DNA of 64,000 bases, from positions 3,472-67,471 of IMG/VR virus record IMGVR_UViG_2871215625_000007, one strand, 5' to 3'. Origin of the DNA: a virus. Taxonomy: Duplodnaviria > Caudoviricetes. The translations under genes were made by a program, and so were the position numbers. The notes below the pieces were generated by a model, which saw only the letters and a program-made list of their open reading frames with translations, was not told the DNA's origin and did not search any database. This document shows positions 1 through 10,394 of the stretch, in pieces (within the stretch, counting starts at the first letter, position 1; each line of letters begins with the position of its first letter).

Positions 1-93
1 AACGATAGATACCTCAATCCATTCTCCAATCAATTCACCTTCAGGCGTTAACTGATAAAAAAATAACGGAGAACCTAAACTTAGCTTGTCCAT
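1..93 (-). CDS. Partial CDS running off the left edge; next gene of the tail operon (Tub-like position by P1 synteny)
   Basis: ATG at 93 opens MDKLSLGSPLFFYQLTPEGELIGEWIEVSIV with no stop before base 1; starts 8 bp after the previous stop. Confidence 0.55.
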   Translation of the reverse strand, partial: MDKLSLGSPLFFYQLTPEGELIGEWIEVSIV

Positions 94-101
94 AATGATA
101 C

Positions 102-662
102 CTATTGTAAGATCATTGATGGCAACAGCATATTTGCTGATAGTTCCATCTCATCTTCAAGTTGTTTTTTTCGGTCATGCAATTCAGATAGTGAATATAA
201 TCCATCAAGAGGCAGGTCAGATGCTGTGCGCATATATATTTCACGCTCAGTATTAGGGATTTCAATTAACACCTTCAAATACTTTTGCAGCATACCTGTT
301 GCAGTGCGTGGTAATTCATCATTATCAAGATCAAATTCACTTAACGCCACCAGGTAATCAACAGTAAACGGAGGGGAACTTAGACGTGTAGGGACAACAT
401 TCAGTTTATTATTTTTAGTTGTAGTTTCGTGCCACACTTGATCTGTATCTGTTGCTGATATTACGGTTAATAAGTAAGGCGGCATCGAAATGCCACCTTC
501 TTGTTGTTGCAACAGGCTAATATCAACCTGTTGCATTGCTCCCGCTTTATCTTGATACTCATTAAGTGCCTGCACTAGCAGAGCTTCAAGCTTGTCTGTT
601 TCATCATGTAATAACAACACAAACTGAGCTTTTACTCGCTCTAATAGGGCATTAGGCGTCAT
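102..662 (-). CDS. P1-like morphogenetic protein, probable head-tail adaptor (PmgC-like)
   Basis: 186 aa; N-terminus MTPxxLLExVKxxFxxLxxDE...ALxxYQDxAG resembles a P1 Pmg protein; coupled to bplB. Confidence 0.55.
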   Translation of the reverse strand: MTPNALLERVKAQFVLLLHDETDKLEALLVQALNEYQDKAGAMQQVDISLLQQQEGGISMPPYLLTVISATDTDQVWHETTTKNNKLNVVPTRLSSPPFTVDYLVALSEFDLDNDELPRTATGMLQKYLKVLIEIPNTEREIYMRTASDLPLDGLYSLSELHDRKKQLEDEMELSANMLLPSMILQ

Positions 663-1162
663 TAGGCATAACCACCGATGCGTTCAAACCAGTTATAACG
701 CACATTCATCGGAATACGAACTGGACCTGTACGGTTCTCGGTGTCCAAATCAGTAGCATCAGTGCTAACTAGACATGTTTCTATCACGTAACCATGCTCT
801 TGCATGTCTTCACCAACCATGACAATCTCGATATCAATATATTCTTTGTTATCAACGATCTTAGCCATTGTTTTCCCAACATCACCACGTTTGATTTCAA
901 CGATTTGGAATGACATATCGCCGTCACGCTTAGATGCACCATATTGCGAAAATCCTTGGCCATATTGACCTTGATCTTCTACTGGGTCACCCCGTGTTTC
1001 TGCGGGTAACTGAGAAGTACGAATCAAACAAGAAATACCTGGGTATTGTTTAATTCGTACAAGAAAATCACTTGAAACCGCACGCTCACCAAGTGCAACG
1101 TTGGCTTTGTGAGCTTGGCGCAACAGATCAATTTTACCTGCCGCATTTGGTACTTGAGGCAT
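662..1162 (-). CDS. bplB: Tail tube protein, P1 BplB-like
   Basis: GERAVSSDF...LIRTSQLP...YNW motifs match P1 BplB as recalled; synteny with 21/22/23. Confidence 0.8.
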   Translation of the reverse strand: MPQVPNAAGKIDLLRQAHKANVALGERAVSSDFLVRIKQYPGISCLIRTSQLPAETRGDPVEDQGQYGQGFSQYGASKRDGDMSFQIVEIKRGDVGKTMAKIVDNKEYIDIEIVMVGEDMQEHGYVIETCLVSTDATDLDTENRTGPVRIPMNVRYNWFERIGGYA

Positions 1163-1171
1163 ATATATTCC

Positions 1172-1816
1172 TTACCCGTACATGGATGAAATTTGAGAGC
1201 GATTAACCATCGCTTCAGTGCTAATAGATAACTGAACATCAGCGTACATTCGATATCCATCCCGACTTCTAGGTACATCTAGAGGTATTGAGATACTTTC
1301 TATGACACAACCACTGACAATCACATTACGACCGATATTAAGTAATATGGAGCTAGGTGCCCGCCCAACAGCATTGCCGTCACCAAACGGATTGCCAATC
1401 GGTGATACGGCGTTTACTTCAGGCGCAGCCATCATCTCTAATTCCATAATGGCATCTTCAACTTCAGCTTTTGGATCTGAAAGAGCATATAGCCTTAGTG
1501 TGATCGAGTGAGAATGTGGTTGATTACCTTCCCATACCTGTCTGCTTGATAGTGTAGTAATAGATGTCATTCCATTAGTTGACTCAGAGACTGTGCCTGT
1601 TTGTACAACACCACCAGCCTTCGAATACTTAGAACCAACAGAATCACCTTCAAAAGCACTATTCCAATTTGCAGTCAGTTCTTTTTCTGTTCCTTCACCG
1701 ATAACACCGACCACGCATGTATTACCTTGTTTTATCCATACTTTAAGATACTGACTGACTTTTGGATCGTTATTACCAACGACACGAGCACCAGCTTCTC
1801 GCCACACCAATGCCAT
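1172..1816 (-). CDS. pmgG: PmgG/Tub-family tube initiator/baseplate protein
   Basis: VSQYLKV, NWNSAF, VWEG, LNIGR, LDVPR motifs; lies between gp21 and bplB as in P1. Confidence 0.7.
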   Translation of the reverse strand: MALVWREAGARVVGNNDPKVSQYLKVWIKQGNTCVVGVIGEGTEKELTANWNSAFEGDSVGSKYSKAGGVVQTGTVSESTNGMTSITTLSSRQVWEGNQPHSHSITLRLYALSDPKAEVEDAIMELEMMAAPEVNAVSPIGNPFGDGNAVGRAPSSILLNIGRNVIVSGCVIESISIPLDVPRSRDGYRMYADVQLSISTEAMVNRSQISSMYG

Positions 1817-2481
1817 TACATATTACGCTGTTGACGTTGCTTCATTGACTTCGCACGTTTACGACGAGCGCCCGAATTGTTAGCTTTACGACGAGCTATT
1901 TTTAACGCAGCCTTTTGCTTAGCTGTCATGCGACGTTTTTTAACACGTTTTTTGATCAAAGTGACCTTGCCGTTGCGAATGACTTTTTGAGTCGCATCTA
2001 GTACCAATTGAGCCTTCACTGCATATTCAGTGATAAGTTCATCATCGGATTTCTCGTTAGCGTCTAATTTCTTGTTAAGATATGCTGCTAGCTTCTCGCC
2101 TGCTTCTTCGGACTCATCATCAATAAAGGTCTTGATATTAACGTCTTCACCACCCATAGTTGCAAAAGCATCAGCAACCATGGTTAATAAATCGTTAAAC
2201 AAATCTTCTTCTGGTTCTGTTATTTCACCGTCATCGTCAATATCAGACAATCCAGCAACAATTGCATCCAGAGCTTCATAGCTATAATCATTACCTTCAA
2301 GCCATGCCAGCACTGCAGCCATGGCATTAGCACGAAGTTGCTTTTCACCCAGATCATCGCTAGCAGCGTCAAGAATTGATTCGGGAATGCTATAACCTTG
2401 CTCTTTTTTTTGATTTAAAGGGAAAGAAACAGAGTCAAAAACAGGATCAATTTCACCAAATGGATTACCAGTTGAATACAT
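1816..2481 (-). CDS. P1 gp21-like virion protein (acidic body, very basic C-terminal tail)
   Basis: Acidic core followed by KVIRNGKVTLIKKR...AKQKAALK...RRKRAKSM; follows the sheath gene as in P1. Confidence 0.7.
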   Translation of the reverse strand: MYSTGNPFGEIDPVFDSVSFPLNQKKEQGYSIPESILDAASDDLGEKQLRANAMAAVLAWLEGNDYSYEALDAIVAGLSDIDDDGEITEPEEDLFNDLLTMVADAFATMGGEDVNIKTFIDDESEEAGEKLAAYLNKKLDANEKSDDELITEYAVKAQLVLDATQKVIRNGKVTLIKKRVKKRRMTAKQKAALKIARRKANNSGARRKRAKSMKQRQQRNM

Positions 2482-2492
2482 AGCTTATTTCC

Positions 2493-4049
2493 TTACGCCA
2501 TTAATCGCGGTTGAATGCCAATTCGACGCGCAACACCTGTTTCAGCATATGCAAATTCAACATGCATATAGTCAATAGCAACTTGCTTTACAGTCACACG
2601 ATATGGCACTTTCCCATCTTTAGCAGGGTTACGCGGATCAACAAAAGCACCAGCTTCCACTCGTTTTTTACAAATATTGTCACCGATCTCTTGCAATGTA
2701 GACATTGTTAAGCCGTCCGGTTCAAACTGAACAATTGCTGATTCTTGTAAAAACTCATGACATAAATCATTAAGCAATGCGGTTGTATGTTCAAAACGTA
2801 AGTAGTTTTCTTTATACCAAACGTTCAAACAATCATTGATAATCTTGCCCTTAGCAATAGGATTAATGCGAGCTTCAACCAATTGTTCTGGCTCAAGCTT
2901 GCCAGTCATATGCAATGCTTCAATACCACGACGATTAATCGTGCCGCGTTTTGGTCCAGCAGCGGTATAATGCGCACCTTTCACAGCTGCATGGCCTGTT
3001 GGTGTCGATAAACACAACGCTTTAGCAGCAGTAACAGCACCAGAGGCACCCCATACTGATTTTCCGCCATACCACTCATCACTGGCTTTATACGGATAAT
3101 GAGAACAACTAGCCTGATAAGATTCCAAGTTAGCGCTTGCAAGCCAGTCAGCAGCAGCTGTTTCGGTTAGCCATGGTGGGACATCAAATCGGAATTGAGC
3201 CAGTCGTCCATCTGCAATCTTGATCATGTGGGCAATTGCTGTTGGCTCGTAGTTACCTGCAGCAAAACACAAATTAAAATCGATATCATCGGTTTTAAGT
3301 AAATCCCACGCAGCTTTCCATTCATCTACAGTTGGGTTACCGCCATTAACGCCACCGTCAAAGATGACTTCAAGATTTTCAACAACGGCATCAAAATCAA
3401 CTGTTGTTGCAATTTCAGCACGAAAACGTGTGGAACGTTCTTCCAAGACCACAGGTAAGTACGCAACAAGACCTGAATCATCCCGGTCATTAACATCTAC
3501 GCCGACAATGAAACTTTCAGCGGGGATTGCTTTCCATTCCCCTTGTAACTTCTCTTCAAAAGATAAACGAAAACGTTTCTTTGTCGGATCAATATTAGAA
3601 ATAGTCATACGTCGCTCTGTGCTAGGGTCTCCATCGACAGGGAACACTTGCAACCAATGAGCATCAGCAATACTTAACGATGTCCCATATGCATGATTTG
3701 CCTTGGTGGGAGCTGTTCCTTTTGTGATAGAAAGAGACAGTGAAGGGAAACGAGCATCAGCAGCAACAATACGTACAACATTGCAAAACTGTAACTTATC
3801 CAGAGCATCTTTAAGATGGCGTAAACCTTCTGCTTTAGGTCCTTGAGACATCGGCAATGGACGGCCTAATTTGTCTTCCCAATCATCAGCATTAACTGTG
3901 ATAATTTTACCAACTTCACCTTTCGACGCTACAACAACACATGCGCCAACAGCAACGCTACCACCGCCTGACTTATAGTTATTATCAAGCGGCGGTAAAA
4001 CAGCAATGCCTGCGGCTTCGCTAATATATTGTCTAATCATTCCAGTCAT
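2493..4049 (-). CDS. Contractile tail sheath protein (P1 gp22-like)
   Basis: 518 aa; sheath-like C-terminus (ARINPI...NYLRFEH...GVARRI); P1 synteny. Confidence 0.85.
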   Translation of the reverse strand: MTGMIRQYISEAAGIAVLPPLDNNYKSGGGSVAVGACVVVASKGEVGKIITVNADDWEDKLGRPLPMSQGPKAEGLRHLKDALDKLQFCNVVRIVAADARFPSLSLSITKGTAPTKANHAYGTSLSIADAHWLQVFPVDGDPSTERRMTISNIDPTKKRFRLSFEEKLQGEWKAIPAESFIVGVDVNDRDDSGLVAYLPVVLEERSTRFRAEIATTVDFDAVVENLEVIFDGGVNGGNPTVDEWKAAWDLLKTDDIDFNLCFAAGNYEPTAIAHMIKIADGRLAQFRFDVPPWLTETAAADWLASANLESYQASCSHYPYKASDEWYGGKSVWGASGAVTAAKALCLSTPTGHAAVKGAHYTAAGPKRGTINRRGIEALHMTGKLEPEQLVEARINPIAKGKIINDCLNVWYKENYLRFEHTTALLNDLCHEFLQESAIVQFEPDGLTMSTLQEIGDNICKKRVEAGAFVDPRNPAKDGKVPYRVTVKQVAIDYMHVEFAYAETGVARRIGIQPRLMA

Positions 4050-4051
4050 AA

Positions 4052-4396
4052 TTACTCCGCGTCATTATTAACTAAGTTAACTTCAACCCAAGGTTTAGAT
4101 GCTAATTGTTCTGTAATGACAACTAACTCTTCTTTTGTTGTTGAAATATTGATCTTGCCATGACCAGGAATAGCTAGGAATTGACCATTACTACGCAGTA
4201 ATTCATGCCCTGAAATACTATTATTAGTAAGAAGTACCGTTAATCGATCATTAGTTGCCAAATCACCCGTGTTAATTGCTTTTTCTTTATCATCTACATT
4301 TGTAGGCGCAACAATTAACGGGCTATCGGTGACCAAATCACCTGTGTTAATTGCTTTTTCTTTATTTTTTGATGCGTTCGTTTTTTCAGATGCCAT
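4052..4396 (-). CDS. Hypothetical protein with a duplicated KEKAINTGDL segment
   Basis: 114 aa ORF with AAGGA RBS; 33-bp near-identical repeat at 4258-4290 and 4333-4365. Confidence 0.65.
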   Translation of the reverse strand: MASEKTNASKNKEKAINTGDLVTDSPLIVAPTNVDDKEKAINTGDLATNDRLTVLLTNNSISGHELLRSNGQFLAIPGHGKINISTTKEELVVITEQLASKPWVEVNLVNNDAE

Positions 4397-4460
4397 GACC
4401 AGTATTCCTTTTACTTATTGATATAGTGCGCCAAAGTAAATTGGCACACTAAAAGTGAAC

Positions 4461-6098
4461 TTACTCAGTAAACTTTAACCACATGAACCAGTCTCGACCG
4501 TTGTACGGATGTAGGTCACGGTACGCCAGCTCATACAGAGTATTTTCATGCTTCAATTTACGACCAACGCTGTGTTGATATGTAACGGCAGAAATAGCAT
4601 CACCCGCGACATAACCTGCATCGCCATGCTCTCGACCTTTTGCATAACAAAGCACATTCCACGGATTTGACATCTGTGGGTCTTCTTTCAGCTTGTAACC
4701 GAAAACTGTTCCGACATAATGCGGTTGAGGAAGTTGGCGATAGTTAGGCGCATAAACCATGTGCGGCTGGCCAACAGATTTAAGAATTCGAGATGCTTCT
4801 GTACCTGCAACAAGACCTTCTAATCCAGATCGTTTAGTACGACTCATTAACTCAGTAGAAATAGCTAACAACACCACTTGTACTGCTTCGTAATGCTGTC
4901 GGAACGCTAGGCCAGCAGGTACTTTTACTGAGAATGATTTCTCACCTTTAGCGTAGAAGTACATGTCATTCAATCGTTTACGGTCTTTGTCTGCGGCAAG
5001 AAGATTGCGTGCTGTACCTAATTGCATACCGTGAACATCGATATTAAATTCACGTCGGCCAGTAAATTGCGATTGAATTGAATTAGAACTAGCTAATGCA
5101 GATTCATGCGGAAATAATGTGTAGCTCACCATTTCATGATCAACAGTCGGAATCAATGTTGGATCTTTTTCAATTGAAATATCAGCAATAACATGAATTT
5201 CAATTCCAGTTTTAGGTGCTTTAGAGAAGCGAACAGCAACAATACCCGTTGCGTAGTTCACAGTGCCCGTCATTGTCACCATTTCATTATCAGCATCAGT
5301 AAATCGACCGTGGATGCCACCACGATTATCATCTTCACCGGAGGGCGTACGATCAACTAACACACGTACTTTCCCTTTTACAAAAGGCATCGCTTTACCT
5401 TTTGCACTTGACATATCTAAGCCAAAATCAACTTTAGTACCATCCCCAGAACCGATCAGCATTCGTTGATCCATTGATGAATATTGACCAGAAAAATTAG
5501 AATCAATTACATCACCTTCCGTTAGATCACCAAAAGTAGAGCCAGCAACGCGGTTAATACGGAATATTTCAGCTTTATCGTAGTTTGCGGGGATATGTGT
5601 CACCATATCATTTGTAATCATCATTAATTGCGTAGGTATGACTAATGCCACCTGGCGATTACGCTGAAGAATACCTTCCGAAGAACTCATTCCTCCTGCA
5701 CTATCAAGCACTGATTGACGCACCTGCTCGTTAGCTGAATCAGGATCTAACATATTTCCAATAGTGGCATTCATTGATGCCATCAATTCAGCTGACGGCA
5801 TTTCGTTGTAAACAGCACGGTATTGTCGAATTGCATTGGCAGCTGTAGCAGTGATCATACCTGCCGATTCACCTGCGGCATCAAATACGGTGCCACCAGC
5901 AACAGCTTGACGAATAGATTCATCACGAGCAGCACTATCTGTAATGATTGAGCCACGATCCATTTGTGGAGAAATGACAGCGGAAGCAAGAATGCTTGCA
6001 CCACTGTTAATTTTCGCTACCTGCGCTTGATATGCCTGTTCAACTTGCTTATCGGGCATTTGATATTTTCCTTTTTTGGTCGCACCAAAGTGCATCAA
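4461..6098 (-). CDS. Major capsid protein precursor (P1 gp23-like); true start probably ATG at 6059
   Basis: 545 aa; region VLDSAGGMSSSEGI..ALVIPTQL aligns with the recalled P1 gp23 processing region; AAGGA RBS before MPDKQ. Confidence 0.85.
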   Translation of the reverse strand: MMHFGATKKGKYQMPDKQVEQAYQAQVAKINSGASILASAVISPQMDRGSIITDSAARDESIRQAVAGGTVFDAAGESAGMITATAANAIRQYRAVYNEMPSAELMASMNATIGNMLDPDSANEQVRQSVLDSAGGMSSSEGILQRNRQVALVIPTQLMMITNDMVTHIPANYDKAEIFRINRVAGSTFGDLTEGDVIDSNFSGQYSSMDQRMLIGSGDGTKVDFGLDMSSAKGKAMPFVKGKVRVLVDRTPSGEDDNRGGIHGRFTDADNEMVTMTGTVNYATGIVAVRFSKAPKTGIEIHVIADISIEKDPTLIPTVDHEMVSYTLFPHESALASSNSIQSQFTGRREFNIDVHGMQLGTARNLLAADKDRKRLNDMYFYAKGEKSFSVKVPAGLAFRQHYEAVQVVLLAISTELMSRTKRSGLEGLVAGTEASRILKSVGQPHMVYAPNYRQLPQPHYVGTVFGYKLKEDPQMSNPWNVLCYAKGREHGDAGYVAGDAISAVTYQHSVGRKLKHENTLYELAYRDLHPYNGRDWFMWLKFTE

Positions 6099-6124
6099 AC
6101 ATCATTTCTTATTTATCAGGCTGT

Positions 6125-6158
6125 AGGCTATCAAGACGTGAAACTAGCGGCAGCAACA
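6125..6158 (-). promoter_or_regulatory. Putative late promoter TGTTGCTGC-N19-TAGCCT
   Basis: Same motif and exact 19-bp spacing before six structural/lysis operons. Confidence 0.7.
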
Positions 6159-6170
6159 CAAAAATATTAT

Positions 6171-6205
6171 CTCTAATTGCTACAAGCGGGTTGTGTCAAT
6201 TAGAG
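6171..6205. repeat. Imperfect inverted-repeat site CTCTAATTGCTACAA-N5-TTGTGTCAATTAGAG, copy 1
   Basis: Same arms recur at 22387-22420 with a different 5-bp spacer. Confidence 0.75.
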
Positions 6206-6415
6206 ACGCCAGAAAAGACAAGGATGGGGTTGAAAGCAAAATCATCTAATTGCTAAATCGTGCTAATGTTCTTTTTATGACAATATGAAAAGCATTAAAA
6301 TCATGCTTTCCATAAGAAATTGGAAAGGTTTAGATATGTTACGTTAGCGGTCTATTTTCAATAAAAAGAAAATCCTTACCATGTTTAAGCTGTGACTCAC
6401 TCAAATAATCAGAAT

Positions 6416-6616
6416 TCATTCAATCTGCGCCTTTTCGCCAGCATAGTGCCCACCCCCTATCACAATCACCTCTGCAGACGTTGTTATATGTTCTACAATA
6501 GCTTTGGCAATAGCATCTGCAAGTTCATCCATTCTCCCATGCTGATTAGCTACAAATCCATGACCTTCAAGATTCGAAACAATCATTGTCTTTAAGGTAT
6601 CCTGATTCAGTGCCAT
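6416..6616 (-). CDS. Small baseplate/spike-associated protein
   Basis: 66 aa immediately after the spike gene; ADAIAKAIVEHITTSAEV type typical of spike-adjacent proteins. Confidence 0.55.
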   Translation of the reverse strand: MALNQDTLKTMIVSNLEGHGFVANQHGRMDELADAIAKAIVEHITTSAEVIVIGGGHYAGEKAQIE

Positions 6617-6617
6617 G

Positions 6618-7379
6618 TTATTTACCTGCAGTAACTGTCATTGATAAGTCAGAGTGCGGTTTCCCTGTAAATGCGCAGAGACAATCCCCCTGCACCACAC
6701 CTTTTCCCTTATTAATATGGACACTTTTACCATCAATATAAACCGAACCGGTTACTTTTATTCTCCAGTATCCACCGACAGTTGCATTAAGGTTTTTACC
6801 TGTATGATCTTCAGTATCCCCTTTACTTGAACGGTGATGATCACCTTCAGTGTGCAAAATAGAGTTACCACGCGCATCAAACTCAAATGAGGTTCCACTT
6901 TCTTGATGAGTAACCCGATAAACACCACCTTTTTCATACTCCACCATAATCCCATGCATAATGTACACCCTCGAAGAGTGATACTCTTGATCTTGAGGCT
7001 TAGGTTCTTTATGGCTACGTTTATGCTGGTAAATATCGTCACCACCAAAAGCTTCCGGAGGTAAATTAGGTATTCCGCCGGGGCAATGATGTATCGAACC
7101 CGTTATTCGGGGGCGACGAGTATCTTTACGACTATGCATGTAATACGGAAAATCTACCCAAACTAAGTCACCAACATGAACAGGGGTAAAATCCCCCTCT
7201 TTGACTCTTGCTCCAAGTGGTAACTTATATGTACACCACGGCTGATCTTTATCTTGTACATCATCAAACAAACCAAAAATTCGCACTTGAACTCTAAGCA
7301 TTCGTTCTGGATCATTGGTATCTAAAACAATAGCTTCAAGTTCTGGTCGCTGAAGTAATAAATCTACCGAATCACTCAT
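6618..7379 (-). CDS. Baseplate central spike protein (P1 gp5 / gpV-like OB fold)
   Basis: NDPERMLRVQVRI...PW...GDLVWVDF OB-fold motifs, beta-helix-like C-terminus, terminal CxCxxxGxxH. Confidence 0.8.
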   Translation of the reverse strand: MSDSVDLLLQRPELEAIVLDTNDPERMLRVQVRIFGLFDDVQDKDQPWCTYKLPLGARVKEGDFTPVHVGDLVWVDFPYYMHSRKDTRRPRITGSIHHCPGGIPNLPPEAFGGDDIYQHKRSHKEPKPQDQEYHSSRVYIMHGIMVEYEKGGVYRVTHQESGTSFEFDARGNSILHTEGDHHRSSKGDTEDHTGKNLNATVGGYWRIKVTGSVYIDGKSVHINKGKGVVQGDCLCAFTGKPHSDLSMTVTAGK

Positions 7380-7403
7380 AGATACCTCTTAGATGTTTAA
7401 TTG

Positions 7404-8390
7404 TCATTTATCTAATACCCCTTTAATACGATTTAGATATCTTTTCCCCGCAAAACTATGGGCTACAGTACCTAATACAACTTTTACAGGAAGACTTTCA
7501 TCAATAGGCTTTTCTAGGTCAGAACGATTCCAAACAATATCTATACAATCACCAGCCTGTAATCCGCCATTACCTTGCATATTTGCATCTAACACCGTGA
7601 TAGGGATTTTAGTTAGATTATTCAATACTGCTTGGCTGGTGGCCCCTGTATGCTCAACAGGGGCGCTCACATGACGAGTAGATTTAACAATACCTTTTAC
7701 GTCATCCCATCCGATATAACAACGTTGAGTCAGATCAGCGACAATGCTTTCATCGTTGGGTAACGTAAACTGGGCTATTTGGTATTTTTGCCGAGTATCG
7801 TTATAATGATATTGATATTTAGCTGATCGTTGCTGTAACTCTGCTAACGTCCTAAAGACTAAGGTTCCTCTCCGGATAAACACTACTGCTCCGAGTTCTT
7901 TTGCAATTTGGCGCAATAAACGGCTAGTTCTTTGAGCTGGCAGTAAGTGAAAATCCAATTTAAAAGGGAAAACACCAACATCGTGTGGCATGTTTGGAAC
8001 TAAATGTTGAAGAATGTTACTGACAGCTTGCTTCACAAAACATCGACCGACTGGCGATGGCTTCTTGAGGTCACACAACACTTTAGGCATTAGATTAAAT
8101 GTGACGTTATCCCCTTCATCAACAGGCATAGTCATCACTACCCAATCAGCCGACCAACTCAACATATCACTATTAAAAGGATCAGCTAATACTATAGTCA
8201 TCACCGATTTTTCAGTGATCCCCAAGTCATCTCGTAAAATGGACTCTTTATCATCAAACACAATGATCAACTTAGGCCCATCAAGCGAGATTGTTTCAAT
8301 GAAATTAGCGCGACTAAGAAAAGAAAGGTCCAGTTTTTCATCATTAAATATAATACTCTGGACTAGCTGATGTTCATGCAATCCAGCCAT
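7404..8390 (-). CDS. Baseplate hub protein (P1 gp6-like)
   Basis: 328 aa; FIETISLDGPKL motif; lies in 24-6-5 order. Confidence 0.7.
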   Translation of the reverse strand: MAGLHEHQLVQSIIFNDEKLDLSFLSRANFIETISLDGPKLIIVFDDKESILRDDLGITEKSVMTIVLADPFNSDMLSWSADWVVMTMPVDEGDNVTFNLMPKVLCDLKKPSPVGRCFVKQAVSNILQHLVPNMPHDVGVFPFKLDFHLLPAQRTSRLLRQIAKELGAVVFIRRGTLVFRTLAELQQRSAKYQYHYNDTRQKYQIAQFTLPNDESIVADLTQRCYIGWDDVKGIVKSTRHVSAPVEHTGATSQAVLNNLTKIPITVLDANMQGNGGLQAGDCIDIVWNRSDLEKPIDESLPVKVVLGTVAHSFAGKRYLNRIKGVLDK

Positions 8391-9187
8391 TACAGCGCCA
8401 ACTGCTCAAGCAAATTAATACCCAAGTCCCAACGCATAGAAGGCACAATCTCAACCTCATGACCGTAAAGCACAGGTGCATTAACGACGTGATCAACTGA
8501 TACTGCAAACAAACGACCCTCTGAATATCCCTGACTAATATTGTCAGTGTTGATAGTATGCGTATCCTCAATCACTACAGGAAACTCAAACTCACTACCA
8601 CACAAATGATAAGATACGTTAAAACGATGCCCACCAGCACGACGATTACCAATATACATATGCCAGGCTAACAACAAACGTTCAACAGAGGCTTTATCTG
8701 CCGCCATGAAGATCACACGGTAGGTCAATGACAGATAACTAATGCTGATTTTTGTTTGATGCAGTAGATCATCAGAAAATCCAGTCACACCTTCAACAAA
8801 GCTGGCGTATTCAGCCGAAGCGGTTTCAAAGCGCAACGGGCGATAGTAGTTAATCAGCGGCAATCTAGCCTGGTTAAACTCTCGTGTTCCGTCTTTGCCT
8901 AGTTGCTTCTGATACTGACGAACTGCACGGATAAACTCACGCGGTGAATCATAGTCACCTCGAATGACTTGTTGCTTTGTCTCACGCTTAAGGAAGGCTT
9001 TAACGTGGTGGTTACAGCTTTCAGGGTTCAATGCTTTCAGTGCATCAACAATATGACAACCAAAGGCAAGGTCTACTCCATAAAAATCACTAATATCGTA
9101 CCGTTCACTCATGATCATGCCCATAAAAAAGAGGTAACTATAAAGAGCATATACGCTACCTCTTTTTTGAATATCAAACGATAACAA
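8390..9187 (-). CDS. Tail terminator (P1 gp24-like); true start probably near 9110
   Basis: Size and synteny; LPLINYYR motif; annotated 5' end overlaps hairpins. Confidence 0.65.
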   Translation of the reverse strand: MLSFDIQKRGSVYALYSYLFFMGMIMSERYDISDFYGVDLAFGCHIVDALKALNPESCNHHVKAFLKRETKQQVIRGDYDSPREFIRAVRQYQKQLGKDGTREFNQARLPLINYYRPLRFETASAEYASFVEGVTGFSDDLLHQTKISISYLSLTYRVIFMAADKASVERLLLAWHMYIGNRRAGGHRFNVSYHLCGSEFEFPVVIEDTHTINTDNISQGYSEGRLFAVSVDHVVNAPVLYGHEVEIVPSMRWDLGINLLEQLAL

Positions 9188-9209
9188 TAAAATATGTTGT
9201 TATCGTTTG
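9175..9209. terminator. Hairpin CAAACGATAACAA...TTGTTATCGTTTG after the inserted fibre-like cluster
   Basis: 13-bp perfect stem; a second stem AAAAAAGAGGTA/TACCTCTTTTTT lies at 9125-9168. Confidence 0.5.
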
Positions 9210-9210
9210 C

Positions 9211-9447
9211 TTAGGTAAATGGTGATAGTGAGTATAAATCTTTAGGCTTAGGTGTATCTGAATTAGCCCAAGCGCGACAAGCATCAATAAAAGCATGCAT
9301 TTGAGTTTTAGTATCTTCTGGGCCAACTCGTTCAATTGTTAATTGTTTACCTACCGCATAATATTTTGTGATATAAGCTTCACAACGTTCATTCACTTCA
9401 ACCGAACTTAAAATATCGTTTGAATAATCAAATAGTTCATTTTCCAT
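9211..9447 (-). CDS. Small protein, possible fibre assembly chaperone
   Basis: 78 aa directly after a fibre-like gene. Confidence 0.5.
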   Translation of the reverse strand: MENELFDYSNDILSSVEVNERCEAYITKYYAVGKQLTIERVGPEDTKTQMHAFIDACRAWANSDTPKPKDLYSLSPFT

Positions 9448-9449
9448 TA

Positions 9450-10184
9450 TTAAGATCCCGGTTGCGCGTCATAAGGAGATTCACCGTACATTGAAGGCCA
9501 ATATCCCCATTTAGGTGCATTTTTATCTAATGGAACATGACCAGATACAACCCCAGGCCAAATGAATAAAATTTCACCACTAGCTGAGCCTACAAATGGA
9601 TGCGCATGCAAATAAGCCCCTGGTCTTCCATTAAAATGTGTACCGCATAGACTCCAATTGTCAGTAATGCCGTCTACCCACATGCCAGAAATACTGCCAG
9701 AAACCAATTTGGCATAACTTGCTACAGTAATATATCCAGATATATTTGCTATGGGACTAGGAAATATAGAATAGTTAGAGTGGGTGCTTGAATTATAATT
9801 ACTCCACACCATTCTCATGACTCTAATCGGCGGCTGAAAATGTTGTTGGCCAGACATTCCCATTGCTGTCATGATTTCTTTTTCTTCTGCATCTCTTTCG
9901 CTCCACACAATCCCTGTGGAAATGGTTCGATATAAAGATATATCTATTGGATATTGCGAATTTTTAGAGAAATAATCTAAATCTGTACCTGTTAAATTAC
10001 AATATTGATTTTTAGTTTGACGAAAGATTGCATTTTCTAATCGTGATTGCGTAATAAATTCACTGAATTTTCTTTCAGCTAAAAGCATGCGCTGGTCAAT
10101 TTTACCCATCGATTGCTCAACAGCATCCGTCTGCTTCCGTACACTATCCATTAATGGTTGGAACAGGTTATCACTCATTATCAT
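9450..10184 (-). CDS. Putative fibre/receptor-binding protein (N-terminal coiled coil, aromatic-rich beta domain)
   Basis: 244 aa; W/Y/G-rich C-terminal part; inside the tail operon. Confidence 0.5.
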   Translation of the reverse strand: MIMSDNLFQPLMDSVRKQTDAVEQSMGKIDQRMLLAERKFSEFITQSRLENAIFRQTKNQYCNLTGTDLDYFSKNSQYPIDISLYRTISTGIVWSERDAEEKEIMTAMGMSGQQHFQPPIRVMRMVWSNYNSSTHSNYSIFPSPIANISGYITVASYAKLVSGSISGMWVDGITDNWSLCGTHFNGRPGAYLHAHPFVGSASGEILFIWPGVVSGHVPLDKNAPKWGYWPSMYGESPYDAQPGS

Positions 10185-10383
10185 TCACCTTTATCATTCC
10201 CTTTGTTGTTAATCTGCCAGCAGATTCATTAAATATTTTAGTTAGCTCAATTGAAGCGGTCTGTAAGTATTGCTTGTACTGCTCAAACTCCAGACTTGAC
10301 ACCATACCTACCTGTGATTCGTGCTTAGACTGTTCAACTTGTGCCTCAGTTGCCAGATCTCGGTAATGCTTAGGAGGACACAT
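10171..10383 (-). CDS. Small helical hypothetical protein
   Basis: 70 aa with GGGGG RBS; fills the gap between the 310-aa and 244-aa ORFs. Confidence 0.5.
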   Translation of the reverse strand: MCPPKHYRDLATEAQVEQSKHESQVGMVSSLEFEQYKQYLQTASIELTKIFNESAGRLTTKGMIKVNDNE

Positions 10384-10394
10384 AGAATCCCCCC